NCBI GenBank assembly: GCA_032718475.1
Contig: JAUCBJ010003333.1
Location: 1-64,000, forward strand
DNA: 64,000 bases
Source of the DNA: Nemertoderma westbladi
Lineage: Eukaryota; Animalia; Xenacoelomorpha
Direction: 5' to 3'
The notes under the pieces: generated by a model
Told to the model about the DNA's origin: nothing
Databases searched by the model: none
Seen by the model: only the letters and a program-made list of their open reading frames with translations
Position numbers and translations under genes: made by a program
Part shown: positions 1-12,100 of the stretch, in pieces
Layout: each line of letters begins with the position of its first letter
Position numbering within the stretch: position 1 is the stretch's first letter

Positions 1-194
1 AGTTTATCAATAAAGACATATAAATTTCGGCAGGTTAAACTGCTGAAGGTCTATAAAAGCGCGTACAGTTATACTGTATATACAATTAGTACTACAATTT
101 TCGATTATTTAAAATTTGATGTTTTTTTTTTCATAATTAAAAACATCAAAATTTTATAAATAATCATAAAATATTTATAATATAGCGGGAAAAG

Positions 195-662
195 TCAAGA
201 ATCAATGATATTATCAACATATTCAACATTATCTGTTGATTCTTCAGTTTCGACAAAGGATTCTTTTGAAATCATTACAATAAAGAAAGACATAATTTCG
301 TAGGGGCTATGCCGATTTAGCCGTATTTCAAACTTTTCACCAGCTTCGTTGTATTGTGTAATAACAATTAACCCCTATTGTGTAATAACAATTAACCCCT
401 CTATCATGGATAATAGTAAGATATTGATTAATTTTCCCTCATGCTCAACTTTCAGGTTGTAATCTAAGAGATGAATACTATTATCAGAAGCATCAATATC
501 AATTGAGCTTAAAACTTTCCTGGCTTTTTCAGAAAACTCAATTTTATATTTATCATCTCCCCGACGGTAAATTGTATAATCAATAACAATATAGGCTTCA
601 CCATCTTCTGCAAAAAATGAATGCCTTACTATTGGCATAACCATATCGGAAATAGAAGACAT
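195..662 (-). pseudogene. Unknown ~147-aa ORF interrupted by an in-frame 24-bp tandem duplication that creates a TAG (ORF track shows only 375..662)
   Basis: TATTGTGTAATAACAATTAACCCC is repeated in tandem at ~352-399. The frame reads ...EGLIVITQ*GLIVITQYNEAGEKFEIRL...NIIDS* to a TGA at 195-197. No homology recognised. Confidence 0.4.
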
Positions 663-1364
663 TAATTAATTTATTTTATTGTAAATCAAACAAACAAAGT
701 AAAAACTTTTAAACTAAAACCATTACAAATGATTAATTGTGATTAAAGCAAGAGATTATATATAAGATATTTTCAAAAATAATACAGGTCTTAAACTGAG
801 AAATAGCCTAAATTCGGTTTATTGATTGGTTGATTAGCCGGTAGGGAAATACAGTATAATCAAAAAGTATTTGGTTCTGCGTAATAATAATAATAATCAC
901 TAATGCTCGTATACGCGTAGCTGGAACGTGGCGGAATTTCATGTATCATACTGGTTGGTTTGTTGATTTGGCGACAGCAGTCAAGGAGTTGGCAATCGAT
1001 ATAATATAATATATGCGTGATGCGTGTAGATGGCCACGTCGTCGTTGTCGTCACCATATACAGTATACAGTGGTGGTAGTGGTAGCGTGGCGAAAAGGGG
1101 AATAACCGAAGGGTTATGACAAGCATCGCTGGTGGTTGGGTGGGTAACAGCCATGGATCAAGTAGCGATGGGTTGGGGGCTAGCCATGCATCGCGAGGTT
1201 AGGCTATGCGAAGATGAATATGCAATGGTTGGTGAATATGAAAATACTGGTTGCTGAAAAATAGTGATTTGAAAAATAGTAGAAGTTACCTGATGCTAAG
1301 TATAGACACCCGAACACCTGTAAAATAAAGGTTGGTGATTGGATGGAGTACTAGCGTTGGGTGA

Positions 1365-2441
1365 CTAATAACGCCTCTCGCGGAAGATGCGGGAACTTGA
1401 GAAGTTGCCATGGTTACGGATGAAATGCTGACATCTGATTGGTTGAAATAATAACGACCATTGGAAAAGGTTGAAATGGTGGCTTCTGATTGGATGGAGT
1501 ACTAAAATTGGATGGTAATGATGGGCTATGGGTGACCATGGCGCCGGTTCATACAATTGTATACTACTAGTATCTTGCCTTCCATAGTTTCCGGAGAGTT
1601 CTCGGTCTCTTTCCAGTAAACATAAACGGCCAACTGGGCGATTGAGCTGCTGTGTCTCAAAGACAATTCCCGGTTTCTTAAAGTTACGTCGCATGACGAC
1701 GAGTTCTACCGATCGCACCAAACCATCATCCGAGATGTGAGTCTCGATGATACGACCTGTCTGCCACCGCTTACGTGGAAGATCTGAATCCACAATAAGG
1801 ACCATGTCTCCAGCGCTGACGTTCTCTTCCTGCGCAAACCACTTAGTTCGAAGTTGTAGTGTGGGCAGATAATGTTTTTCGAAATGGTCAGCGAAACGAC
1901 GGGATAACAACTGCATAAGTTGCCAAGTTTGCCGGCAGTATTCGTCTCCGTCTGTGATTTCCGATCGTGGGAGCATGGCTACAGGTTTCTTCAGTAGGAA
2001 GTGCGCGGGTGTTAGCGCTTCCAGGGAATCGGGACTCGATGAGACTGGCATAAGCGGTCTCTCGTTGAGATAGGCGGCGATTTCCTCCATTAACGTCCGC
2101 AAAAGTTCGTTGGTGAGATACGCGCGGCACGGCACTATAAAGTGAAATGCGGTCTTCATGCTCCTGATTAATCTCTCCCAACTTCCTCCCCACCAAGGGG
2201 CGTCGGCGGCGTTGAAGGTCCAGCTAGACGCTGTTACCCTTAGCTGATCGTCCACCTGTCTTTGGTTCCAATCTTTGACGTAAGCCTTGATTTCATTGTT
2301 GGCACCAATGAAATTCGTTCCCTTATCAGATCTCATCGTGTTACTAGTTCCAAAGCGAGCGATCTGTTGTCGTAAGCTCAATAGGAAGCTGTTGGTAGAT
2401 AAATCGTTCACCATATCGAGATGGATAGCTCTACAAGTCAT
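1365..2441 (-). CDS. pol: BEL/Pao integrase core and C-terminus (element 1)
   Basis: RAIHLD, SDKGTNFIGA, APWWGGSWERL, LNERPL, LTPAHFL, DGLVRSV. In frame with the upstream ORF across a TGA at 2460 (KR*C, probably from TGG). Confidence 0.92.
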   Translation of the reverse strand: MTCRAIHLDMVNDLSTNSFLLSLRQQIARFGTSNTMRSDKGTNFIGANNEIKAYVKDWNQRQVDDQLRVTASSWTFNAADAPWWGGSWERLIRSMKTAFHFIVPCRAYLTNELLRTLMEEIAAYLNERPLMPVSSSPDSLEALTPAHFLLKKPVAMLPRSEITDGDEYCRQTWQLMQLLSRRFADHFEKHYLPTLQLRTKWFAQEENVSAGDMVLIVDSDLPRKRWQTGRIIETHISDDGLVRSVELVVMRRNFKKPGIVFETQQLNRPVGRLCLLERDRELSGNYGRQDTSSIQLYEPAPWSPIAHHYHPILVLHPIRSHHFNLFQWSLLFQPIRCQHFIRNHGNFSSSRIFRERRY

Positions 2442-2459
2442 ACAAACAAAGATGACACA

Positions 2460-5400
2460 TCATCTCTTGACTATAGTCCTAGCACGATATACTTCAATAG
2501 GGCCAAATAAATCTACACCGGTATTAGTAAAGGGTGGTTCATAGAAGCTTACTCGTTCCCTAGGTAATTCTGCCTCTCGCTGTGTTAAAGGCCTACTGAA
2601 TGCTTTCCTACAGGGTATGCAGTTCCTAAGAACTTGGTTCAGAGCTCTACGGGGTTTATAAAAATAATAGCGAGTTCGAATTTCGCTAAGAACTCGTTCT
2701 CTACCAGCATGATAAAGTTTGCTGTGAACATCTACAATCATCTTGATTTGTATTTCAAGATTTCTAATGAGTATGGGAAACTTAGTGTCAAAGGATAATG
2801 GAGCATTAGTTAATCTTCCTCCAACACGTATCAACCCATCTATCATTGTGCTAGAGAAACGATCCCTTAAGCGCATCTGTAGATTTCTCAACAACAGGAA
2901 ATACTTATCGGAATCCTCATAGCATTGCAGGAGTCGCAGCAACTGCTTATTGGTTTCTTCATGCTCCTGATAACTGATCTTCTCCTTCAGAAACCTGTCG
3001 GATATCTTATATTTGGGAAGATCTTTAACAACATGGACCTGCACAGATGTCAGTGGAGAGGTATCACTATTGGTCTTCGTCCTGGAGTAGTGATGATGAA
3101 AACATCGCTTCAAATATGTAACGGCCTTACAGAGCCGATTCCAGGAACTGTAGTGATATATCGCTCTCTGCAGGAGAGGTGAGAGTCCTTGTGAGACGTC
3201 TGGTATTCCAGATTTCCAATCCTTCTCTCTGATTTCCACAACAGACTTATTTGTGGCTGTGGGTTTCGAATCCAAAGCGTCGTCTCCGGAAATGTGTAGT
3301 ACAGACAGATCTACCACGGGTTTAAATAACTTCGATTTACTCACCCGAGTTTTAGGTTTGACTTTCTCAGCTCCCTTGGCCTGTCTAATCTCCGCCGTAG
3401 TAAGATGAGGAGGCCATTCATCCTCTTCTTTGCTTAGGAAGTTGGGTCCACCTAACCAGTCTGGAGTATCTATCAGTTCTTGTGGAGTTGCTCCCCTGGA
3501 GACGATGTCTGCTGGATTAATCGTTCCGGGGCAATGTCTCCATTGATCCATCTTCGTGCGACTAAGTATAATGGCTACTCTGTTGGTAACGAAGACGCTG
3601 AACTGACAGACTTCATTGGTTATATACTCCAACACGAGCAATGCATCGGTCCAATAGACAGTTTTCTCCAGTGGATATTCGATCTGTTCTGTTACATTCT
3701 GGCCGATGGCTGTAGCGTATAGAGCCGCTTTTAACTCCGCTCGAGGAACTTTCAACTTGTTGTTTATCAATGCCTTAGAGGTAACCAAGGCGACTTTGAT
3801 TCCATCCGGAGTTTCAACTCTCAGGTAGGCTACTATACCTATTCCCATATCGCTGGCGTCTCCAAACACATGGAGTTGATAGGAATACGTAGGGAGAACA
3901 TGACCAAAATATGAACGGGAAATTATTAAGTTCTCGATGGCTGGTAGAGAATCTTCCCATTTCATCCACTTCTTTAATAGTTCTCCCTTAAGTGGATCGT
4001 CCCATGAGTGGTTTTCAAGCCACATTTGTTGTACTAAACTCCGAGCAATCAATATAACTGGGCTAATAAATCCCAATGGATCGAAATAAGTGCTCAGGAT
4101 ACTTAAACAAATCCGTTTAGTCCGAACTGGATTATCTCGCTGTTTGAGCTGGAAAAACAGGGTATCTCTCTCTGTGTCCCATTTCAAACCAAGTGTTTTG
4201 GTTTCTGGAAGATCGTCTTTGATTAGGTCTAGATCTTTCGCTCCTCGATCTTCTACCGGGATCGATTCCAGAAACTCACGGGAGTTGCTGGTGAATTTAG
4301 TTAATCGAAATCCACCTCTTTTTAAGCACTCTACCATTCCTTTGGCAACATCAATGGCTTCTTCCACCGATGGAAGGGACTTTAAATTGTCGTCCATGTA
4401 AATATCCCGTTTGATGTTGTCGATCACCTCTTTAGAGAAGGCGTCCCGGTTGTCCTCAGCAGTGGTGCGCACCACTGAGCAGGCGTTTGAAGGGCTTGAG
4501 ATGATCCCAAAAGCCTGGATGGTCATCCAATACTCCACCGGTTTCTGGTTGAGGTCTCCTTCAGGCCACCACAGAAATCGTAGGCTGTCTCGATCCCTAT
4601 CCAGCGCCTTGACTTGTAAGAACATGCCTTCTATATCGGAGGCGAAAGCGATTGAATATTGTCGTAATCTTAAGAGTATTCCCAACAAGGATTGGAGTAA
4701 GTTGGGTCCTGGTAACAACTCGGAATTAAGGGATTGGCCCATGTAGAGGGCGGAGCCGTCAAATACTACCCGTACTTCATGGGGTTTACCGGGTTTGGGA
4801 ACATAATGATGTGTTAAATAGTACGTTCTCTCAGTTATGGGTGTTTCTTCCGGTACTCGCTCCGCATATCCCTTGTTAATAAATTTCTTCAACTGAGTCT
4901 GATACATTTCTTTAGCTGAAGCATTTGCCGTAAGGCGTCGATGTAGTTGAGCAATTATTTTCTTCGCCAAGGGTCGGTTGTTTATGAATTTTGGTTCTCG
5001 CTTTCGGAATGGTAGACCGATTTCATATCTACCTTGATCTTTAAGAAAACGTGTAGTTGTCTCCTGGATCTGCTTGGCTCTTTCTTCCTCTACCGATAGG
5101 GCCTTATCGTAGGAATTGGGCTCTACAGCCTCTTGAGTAAAGAATCGTACGGCGTGTTCATCCCGAGTCTTCGCGTTATAGCGCTCTATTACGTCATTCA
5201 GTTCGTCATTATAGTCGACTTGTCCTGATGGACGAATGAGTTGACATAGGTTCACTTGGTTTTGCCAAGTCTCGTTTTCCGTAAGGAGATCGATGGTATT
5301 ATCCTCGTCGAAGAGTTGGTGGATATCGTCATTATCTGAGGAGTATGGTGTTCCCTCAGTTGGGTCGTCTACCTCACTGCTCTCCGCTTCCCATTCACTT

Positions 5401-5798
5401 ACTTGGTATACCCGTTCTTTTGGTAACCTTTCCATGAGAGTTCTACGGGAAGGGCCAGTAAAGTACCAACCTACTCTAGTTCTTCCCGCATAGGCTTGTA
5501 GTGGTTGCGGTTGAGCAGGCCGTTTCTCCAATGTCTCAAGCGCCTCATGCGCATTTTGGCCGATGAGTATTTGCACTCCAGGGTAATCTGTGTTGAATCT
5601 AGGTATATTAAGCTGCTGGGTGAAATCGTCCTCATCCCAGTTATAAGGTTCTACTTGGCTGGTAGCGAAGTTCTTTATCGCCACCATTTTTACTGACCTT
5701 ATGCTGTGTTCTCCTAGTTCATCCTGGGGGGTGGACAACGCACCTACATAATAATCCGCTATTACTGTAGATTTCCAAACCTGCATAATTCCTGACAT
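2460..5798 (-). CDS. pol: BEL/Pao Pol: protease C-terminus, RT, RNase H, integrase Zn finger (element 1)
   Basis: RVVFDGSA, LNSELLPGPNL, SDIEGMFLQV, YMDD, FDPLG, FGDASD, PRAEL, WTD, NPADIVSRG, HxxxxH...CIPC. Continues in frame from 5853 across a TAA. Confidence 0.92.
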   Translation of the reverse strand: MSGIMQVWKSTVIADYYVGALSTPQDELGEHSIRSVKMVAIKNFATSQVEPYNWDEDDFTQQLNIPRFNTDYPGVQILIGQNAHEALETLEKRPAQPQPLQAYAGRTRVGWYFTGPSRRTLMERLPKERVYQVSEWEAESSEVDDPTEGTPYSSDNDDIHQLFDEDNTIDLLTENETWQNQVNLCQLIRPSGQVDYNDELNDVIERYNAKTRDEHAVRFFTQEAVEPNSYDKALSVEEERAKQIQETTTRFLKDQGRYEIGLPFRKREPKFINNRPLAKKIIAQLHRRLTANASAKEMYQTQLKKFINKGYAERVPEETPITERTYYLTHHYVPKPGKPHEVRVVFDGSALYMGQSLNSELLPGPNLLQSLLGILLRLRQYSIAFASDIEGMFLQVKALDRDRDSLRFLWWPEGDLNQKPVEYWMTIQAFGIISSPSNACSVVRTTAEDNRDAFSKEVIDNIKRDIYMDDNLKSLPSVEEAIDVAKGMVECLKRGGFRLTKFTSNSREFLESIPVEDRGAKDLDLIKDDLPETKTLGLKWDTERDTLFFQLKQRDNPVRTKRICLSILSTYFDPLGFISPVILIARSLVQQMWLENHSWDDPLKGELLKKWMKWEDSLPAIENLIISRSYFGHVLPTYSYQLHVFGDASDMGIGIVAYLRVETPDGIKVALVTSKALINNKLKVPRAELKAALYATAIGQNVTEQIEYPLEKTVYWTDALLVLEYITNEVCQFSVFVTNRVAIILSRTKMDQWRHCPGTINPADIVSRGATPQELIDTPDWLGGPNFLSKEEDEWPPHLTTAEIRQAKGAEKVKPKTRVSKSKLFKPVVDLSVLHISGDDALDSKPTATNKSVVEIREKDWKSGIPDVSQGLSPLLQRAIYHYSSWNRLCKAVTYLKRCFHHHYSRTKTNSDTSPLTSVQVHVVKDLPKYKISDRFLKEKISYQEHEETNKQLLRLLQCYEDSDKYFLLLRNLQMRLRDRFSSTMIDGLIRVGGRLTNAPLSFDTKFPILIRNLEIQIKMIVDVHSKLYHAGRERVLSEIRTRYYFYKPRRALNQVLRNCIPCRKAFSRPLTQREAELPRERVSFYEPPFTNTGVDLFGPIEVYRARTIVKR

Positions 5799-5852
5799 GT
5801 TTAACTTAGTTCGGAACTTGGGTTGTCCAGCAAAGGTGTCTTCGGCTAGTTC

Positions 5853-8800
5853 TTAGTCGATGAATGTTCCTGTGCTACCGGAGTCAAGGAGGGCGTTAAC
5901 TATATAACTCCTTTTAGGTCCGTGGACCCTCAACTGCACTACGGGAAATTCTCGGATTCCTACATTGGAAGTTGGTGCTTTCCAAGATGGTTGTTGGTCA
6001 GAATTAGTTAGGGGGAGCTCGCTGTCGGTGTCCCTTTCATACGTAAGTGCTCGATACACTGCGGTATTTATCAGGTAACATGATTCGTTTTCGTCGGAGA
6101 ATTCGTCCGTATAGAATCCTTCCATCTCAGAACTTTGGTCAGTGTCGTTCACATCACTGAATTGGACATATAGTTCGGTCTCACTTACCTGACTCGGGCT
6201 GTTTCGTTCGAATTCAGTGTGCAACAAGATATGATGTTTTGCGCCGCACTTCGCACACCTTGCGTCGGAGTAACAGGTTCGCCGTTGGTGTCCTTGTCTG
6301 AGGCAATTATAACACAACCGCTTATCCCACATGACTTCCCATCTATCCTTTAATGATTTCTTTAGGAATTCATCACACACATTCAAACGGTGGGGCCTGT
6401 CACACAGCGCACATTTCGGTTTGATGTTACTTACCTTATTTTGAGTAACGTTGTGCACACTCGTTCTTTCTTCGGGCTTTCTTACCTGAATTCTCTTAGG
6501 AGACGTAGGAGTTTTTCTTACCTGTTCTCTCTTGTCATTGGTTCGAGACTTGAATTTACTGACGTCTTTAGGCGTTTTGTTGACATAATAAGATCTTTCA
6601 GTGTCTTTCCCGCTGTCCTCTTCTTGAGAAGCCTGGCTTTTGCCGTCGTCGGTATAACACACTGGTGTTACCTTTCTCCTAGAAACGGGTTTCTCACTTA
6701 CCTTGTTTTCCGGTGTCTTCTCTCTGGACTGCTTTAGGAGCTGTAATTTCACTTCTCCATCTAAGAATGACATGAGATCAGCCATGGTAGGGTCTCGTCG
6801 TTGTTGTTCTATCATATATAACACTTTCTTATCCAAGCGTGTACCTACTCCACCCTTCGTTAAAGTAGAGGCCACGGCTCCAATAACCATAGAACTCTGA
6901 TATTCATGAGACTTACCTAGCCAATCTAATTGTCTACAGATCTCCTGAATCTCATCGGAAAACTCTATAATCCCGCTGCTAATGAACTTTCGGGGGGCTA
7001 CCAATTTTGCATACAAATACCTAGCTATGTTATTCCTATTACCATACCTGATGTTTAGTGTATCCCAAACTTGTCTTAATCCATCTGGATGTCCAATAAA
7101 CTTTAACGCCATTAACTTGGGAGATCCTTCCAAGCATTCAATGAGGAATCTAAGTTTCTCTCCGTTAGATAGCACAGAGTTCTGTATGTTATCTTTGTAA
7201 TATTCATTAAAAGGTAACCATTTCATCTCATCTCCATTGAACTTGACGATCTCTCCCACCTTTACCGCTTGACGGGCTTCGGTTCTAGCCATTTGACGCG
7301 CAAAACTTTCTTGGGCCATCGTATTATTTAATATTGAGTTATCGGTATATAAATTTCTCGGATTAGGATCAGGTCTATATGGAATATCATTATCAACAGG
7401 TTTATAATTACCCTTAATAGGGTTTACTATAGGAGTTTCTACTTCACTAGCAGTATAGATGTGTGTAGGCTCCACACCTTGCGCATGAAATACTTCAGAC
7501 CTAACAGGTTGACACATTGTTACCGGGGTTGATGGTATACCCCTTTGGGTATTTACTAATTTGTCGCGTTCTAATGCGATACTCTGCTGCACCTCTTGCA
7601 ACTCTAACCTACTTTCCCTTACTGTGCCCTTGAACTGCTGAACAGTTCCTTCCATCTCCCGGACCTGCTGAGAGGAGCACTTACGGTGTTCCCTCAGCTG
7701 CCCGAGCAGGAGACCCATCTCCCGTCGTCCCTCAGCTACCCACTCGACTGCCGAAGCGGGAGTCGCCAACATAGTAGCGGGCGAGCGAGAGACGACGGGC
7801 GATAAATTTTTGATATCTCGCTCGGCGTCCAGGACGGGTTCGGACTCGTGAACAGTCCTACTGGGCACAGGTAGTTTAGTACTGTGTAAAGGGAATTTAG
7901 AGGTAGGTTCTGGGAGTACAGGTGTCTCTATCACCGAAGGGGTGGCTTCAAGAACAGGCCTAATTATTTCAGGCTCATCTACTATAGTAGGGAGTCTTTC
8001 TATTTTAATTATTTGGTCTGTGGGTTCTGTACTACCTAAGTCTGTGTTAGTTAGTTGCCTTCTAACAGCTGGGGGCAAATCAGGCAATTTCTGACAGTGG
8101 GACATTCTTCTACGTCTGCTTAGACGAGATCTATTTCCTCCGCCTTCAGGATCGGTGGTATCGCCTTCATCAGATGATGTATATCCCTGTCTTTTGGGAG
8201 TAGATCGATTCATCATCTGCATTTGACTAGCTGTTAACTGTTTATTTATGCAGTCTTGATTCTCTTGAATATTTTCCAACTCTAGTTGGGTGGTCTCTTC
8301 AGATGCTCTTCGTTCTGCTTCTGCCACTGCTCGCTTTCTTTCCGCTTCTGCCGCTGCCGCTTTTCTTTCTGCTTCTATTACTGCAGCTGCCGCTTTTCTT
8401 TCCGCTTCTACTGCTGCAGCTGCCGCTTTTGCCTCTGCCGCTGCCTCTGCCGCCTTTCTTTCCGCTTCTACCTCTGCCATTGCCACTGCTGCTGTCTTTC
8501 TGTCTTCTATACGTTTTTTCTTGACTTGTTCTTCTTGGACCCTAGCGATGCGGAGTCTTTCATCAAATTTAGCTTGGTTCGCAGCTAACATTTCCGCATC
8601 TATTGCGTCCAACACAAGCTTAGCTCCTTCACTATTAGGGCGAAGTCCAGACAACCGTCTCCTCAACTCTTCATCACCTAGAAATCGTTGATAGTCTGAC
8701 AGATAGATGTCAATAGCATCCCTCTTATGCGGTTTCTCTGCGGTCACTTCACTTTCCACTTGGGAAAAGGTAGCGTCTGTTGATTCTCCATGGGTTGAGC

Positions 8801-9194
8801 GCTCAGCCAGCTGAGATTTCCACTGGGCAGTTCCTTGAACTTTGAGACTCACCCGCTGAAACCAAGTCTTCACGGCAACTTGCAACGACGTGTCTTGTCT
8901 TCTTTTCAAAGCCTCCTCAAAGGCCGATAAGATTAGTCTGATTCTTAGAATTCTTTCTCTAACTTGATAAAGCAGCTCTCCCTGCTCTTGAGGTCCTTGG
9001 GGTTGTCGAAACAGTTGTTCCTCTAATCGCTCCATAGAGCTGAAGAATCCCTGTACGTATCCTGCTGCTGACCTCTTCCACACAGCTGGATCGCTGGTTT
9101 CTTTTGTCACTCCCATCCTGTGTATGTCTTCCCAGGCAGCTTCCGATAAGTCAAATGGGAGTCTGGGTCCGGGGAAGTTCCATTGACTCGACAA
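5853..9194 (-). CDS. gag: BEL/Pao Gag plus start of aspartic protease (element 1)
   Basis: Ala/Glu coiled coil; KFNGDEMKWLPF capsid-like motif; CALCDRPHRLNVC, CYNCLRQGHQRRTC and CAKCGAKHHILLH knuckles; LLDSGSTGTFI. The true start is probably ATG 9354 with a 1-bp frameshift near 9155. Confidence 0.88.
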   Translation of the reverse strand: MSSQWNFPGPRLPFDLSEAAWEDIHRMGVTKETSDPAVWKRSAAGYVQGFFSSMERLEEQLFRQPQGPQEQGELLYQVRERILRIRLILSAFEEALKRRQDTSLQVAVKTWFQRVSLKVQGTAQWKSQLAERSTHGESTDATFSQVESEVTAEKPHKRDAIDIYLSDYQRFLGDEELRRRLSGLRPNSEGAKLVLDAIDAEMLAANQAKFDERLRIARVQEEQVKKKRIEDRKTAAVAMAEVEAERKAAEAAAEAKAAAAAVEAERKAAAAVIEAERKAAAAEAERKRAVAEAERRASEETTQLELENIQENQDCINKQLTASQMQMMNRSTPKRQGYTSSDEGDTTDPEGGGNRSRLSRRRRMSHCQKLPDLPPAVRRQLTNTDLGSTEPTDQIIKIERLPTIVDEPEIIRPVLEATPSVIETPVLPEPTSKFPLHSTKLPVPSRTVHESEPVLDAERDIKNLSPVVSRSPATMLATPASAVEWVAEGRREMGLLLGQLREHRKCSSQQVREMEGTVQQFKGTVRESRLELQEVQQSIALERDKLVNTQRGIPSTPVTMCQPVRSEVFHAQGVEPTHIYTASEVETPIVNPIKGNYKPVDNDIPYRPDPNPRNLYTDNSILNNTMAQESFARQMARTEARQAVKVGEIVKFNGDEMKWLPFNEYYKDNIQNSVLSNGEKLRFLIECLEGSPKLMALKFIGHPDGLRQVWDTLNIRYGNRNNIARYLYAKLVAPRKFISSGIIEFSDEIQEICRQLDWLGKSHEYQSSMVIGAVASTLTKGGVGTRLDKKVLYMIEQQRRDPTMADLMSFLDGEVKLQLLKQSREKTPENKVSEKPVSRRKVTPVCYTDDGKSQASQEEDSGKDTERSYYVNKTPKDVSKFKSRTNDKREQVRKTPTSPKRIQVRKPEERTSVHNVTQNKVSNIKPKCALCDRPHRLNVCDEFLKKSLKDRWEVMWDKRLCYNCLRQGHQRRTCYSDARCAKCGAKHHILLHTEFERNSPSQVSETELYVQFSDVNDTDQSSEMEGFYTDEFSDENESCYLINTAVYRALTYERDTDSELPLTNSDQQPSWKAPTSNVGIREFPVVQLRVHGPKRSYIVNALLDSGSTGTFID

Positions 9195-12100
9195 TAGACT
9201 TCAGTTCTTCCCTTGTGTATCCCGCATAACTATCCTTGGTCGATCGCTTACTTCTCGCCCAATCAATCTGGTGTTCCTCCACCGCAATCAATACCCTAGT
9301 GAGTACGGCTGCAGGAAGGATGAGAAGGGGATCCGAATAAACCGCATCTGCCATCTTTGCTCCGCGCTCGGGTGTCAGCTCTACAGTATCCGCGCTACTG
9401 GAGCTGTCGAGCCGCTGAGAAATAAGTTCTCGGCTCGAGTGTTGCTGCTGTTCAACAGCTGCCTCTTGGTCCCGCTTGACCCGAGCTCTAGTGCCTATGA
9501 TAGAACTACGGTATTGGACTAGCCTAGGGTCTGATACTACTACTGGAGGGATGATTTTCTTACAGTAGGAGGTGAGTTGAACTTCGGTCTCACACGTTCC
9601 ACACTCCTGTCTGGGTCACAGATGGTTGTATCTAGGAGACTGTCTGACAGGTTTAGCTTTGTGTCAGACATGTTTGTTTGTACAGTTGAATGCCTACTGC
9701 TATATTACAGTTAAAGCAAGTCTAGTAATTCAGTATCAACTGTTAGCCTAGTAATTAATTACCGATACTGTTACTCAGTGTAACGTGATATATATATATA
9801 ATATATTAGAATACCGGTATACACTTATACTATGTATATAAGTATTATTACAGACTAGGTTTGTCACAGAATACCGGTATGTAATTTCAACACAAATATA
9901 TATAAATATATAAAAGGCCTATCGTGAATACCGGTATACAGCTTACACTTGTAGTATATATAAGTATAATTATGGAATAGAATTAATTACAGAATACCGA
10001 TATAATTTCAGCCTAAATTTATAGAAATAAATATAATAAACCTATTGTAAATACCAGTATGTCAATTATTTTAGAATAATTGAATTTCTGAATTTTAGGG
10101 GTTATTTGGTTACTTTACTTTACTTGATTACTGTTATTTAAGCAGTAGTCCAACTGACATTAAGACCTAATTGTTGTAAGTCAGGCCTACTATTTTATAA
10201 ATCGGTTTGAGTTGATTTATAATATATATATACCCGTATAATGGGTTTTTGTCAATATTTGAAATAAATGTTATTATTTCTGGGAAAGAGTCACCGCACA
10301 GAAGCTGTACGCTCTCAGTGAAGTGCTACTTGTTGGACACTAAAACAAATAATTCTAATTTACCTAAGTTACTTAATACTACAAATTACGTACAATTCGG
10401 GGTGAGATTACAATCTCTAAATAAACACAAAAATTACACGTACGAATTTTTAGGGTAATTTTACAAGAAGTCTACAAACCAGCCTAACAAAGGGTTAGAA
10501 TATCTGGTTATTACAAACAGACAGGATTCTACGGTATTTGAAAATAACAAAGCAGTAGTAAATATACTGCGTTGTCCAGATAGGAAAAATACCACCGTCT
10601 GACGACTTATAGCCGTATCGCTATAAGTACTACGTTATGTTTCACGGAGTGTTCCTACCTAGAAGTTAATTACCGCGGCCTACCAGAGCCAACGTGCCTA
10701 TTAACCACTTTACAACACAAATATACTGCCTACACACTAATTACCTTCGGAAAGCACTGTACACTAAACCCTAAATTAGGTACAAGTACTTATACAACAA
10801 ATAACCAGCAGTTAGAAATACTTGTACAGCCAAAAGAACCACGGTATCTGCCGGAGTGACCGGAGCATAAAATCACCAGTCTTTACCTACGCCAAACAGC
10901 CCTGATGTAGTACCGGTGTTAATTTAACTATAACGGTATATATAACACGCACAATTACTGTAGGAATAAACTTGGGGTATGAATGTTGCGAATAATCGCA
11001 TAAACTCTGAATAATAAATATTACGCTACCCTTACAGACTACACAAACAAAAATACAGACCAAACGCTGGCAGACTACTATCAAGCCTAAATAAACTACA
11101 GTATATGCAGACTCCGAAATGGTTAGTTAGTATGCGTTCTAACCGAGTAGTGCGACTTATTCTTTCGGGGGGATTTACCTTACAGCTCTGGAAGCCCACC
11201 ACGTTCCTAACTAGTACTTTATCGGACATACACTCTACACACACTGCAATCTCTTCAGACTTAACAACAGTCAGACAACAGTCCAGCCTACAAATTTTCT
11301 GTACAATCTGAGCAGGCTTACACGTCTTCTGCTCAATAATAACTTACAGATAAATAAAACTGACAGAAATAAATAAGCTCCAAAATAAACAAGGGGTGTA
11401 CAGTCCCTAATCTCTTAAACAGCCTACCGGTATACAATATCACAATCGAAATAATACTTATGTACCTGTACTGCGGTAAGTACCGGTTCGGGTGGTTAGG
11501 CAGTTAGGCCTACTAGTTACCGGTCGACCGGTACTTTAGTCTTTATTGCCTACGTCGCAATAAAGATCCTATAACTGTTATTGTTCTTACCAGAACAATA
11601 GACAACTATATTTATTGCCTACACTGCAATCAGAATTGCAATAACTGTTATTGTTCGCGCTTTCAGACCTTTAGCAGTTTAACCTGCCAAATTTAGGTGT
11701 CTTCTAGGTTATAAATCGACTTTAGCCTATGACGAGTATTTGATACACTACATTAGCCGAAGCCAGTCTATGCGCGACCATTCAACCGCTGGATATACCC
11801 GGGAGACTGGATTCGGAAGCTCTGACCTTATTGCGGTGTAGGCCTACTGTATTATTCGACTGATCGTTAATATATAATCTCTGACAAATATTATTCACTT
11901 TCGGGAAATATCAACAGTTCCTTTAGGACGTGGCGCTCTAAGTATGTAAACAGAGTTATGACTTACACTAAACACAACGGGATGGCTAATGATTCACATA
12001 TAAGGCGCATTCTTTAGGAGATGCTTTGTTATCTGTCACAGTCATGCACACTACCGCACAATGCTGCACACCGATCTGCCGACCTTCACTAATTTTAGTC

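Larger units (their letters stand above)
1365..9354 (-). mobile_element. BEL/Pao LTR retrotransposon (element 1), gag-pol with nonsense/frameshift lesions; no LTR pair found in the window
   Basis: Domain order is gag (DUF1759-like, three Cys/His knuckles), PR (LLDSGS), RT (YMDD), RNase H (FGDAS, NPAD), IN (HHCC, DLFGP, SDKGTNF, WERL). The three ORFs share one frame and are separated by single stops. Confidence 0.93.
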
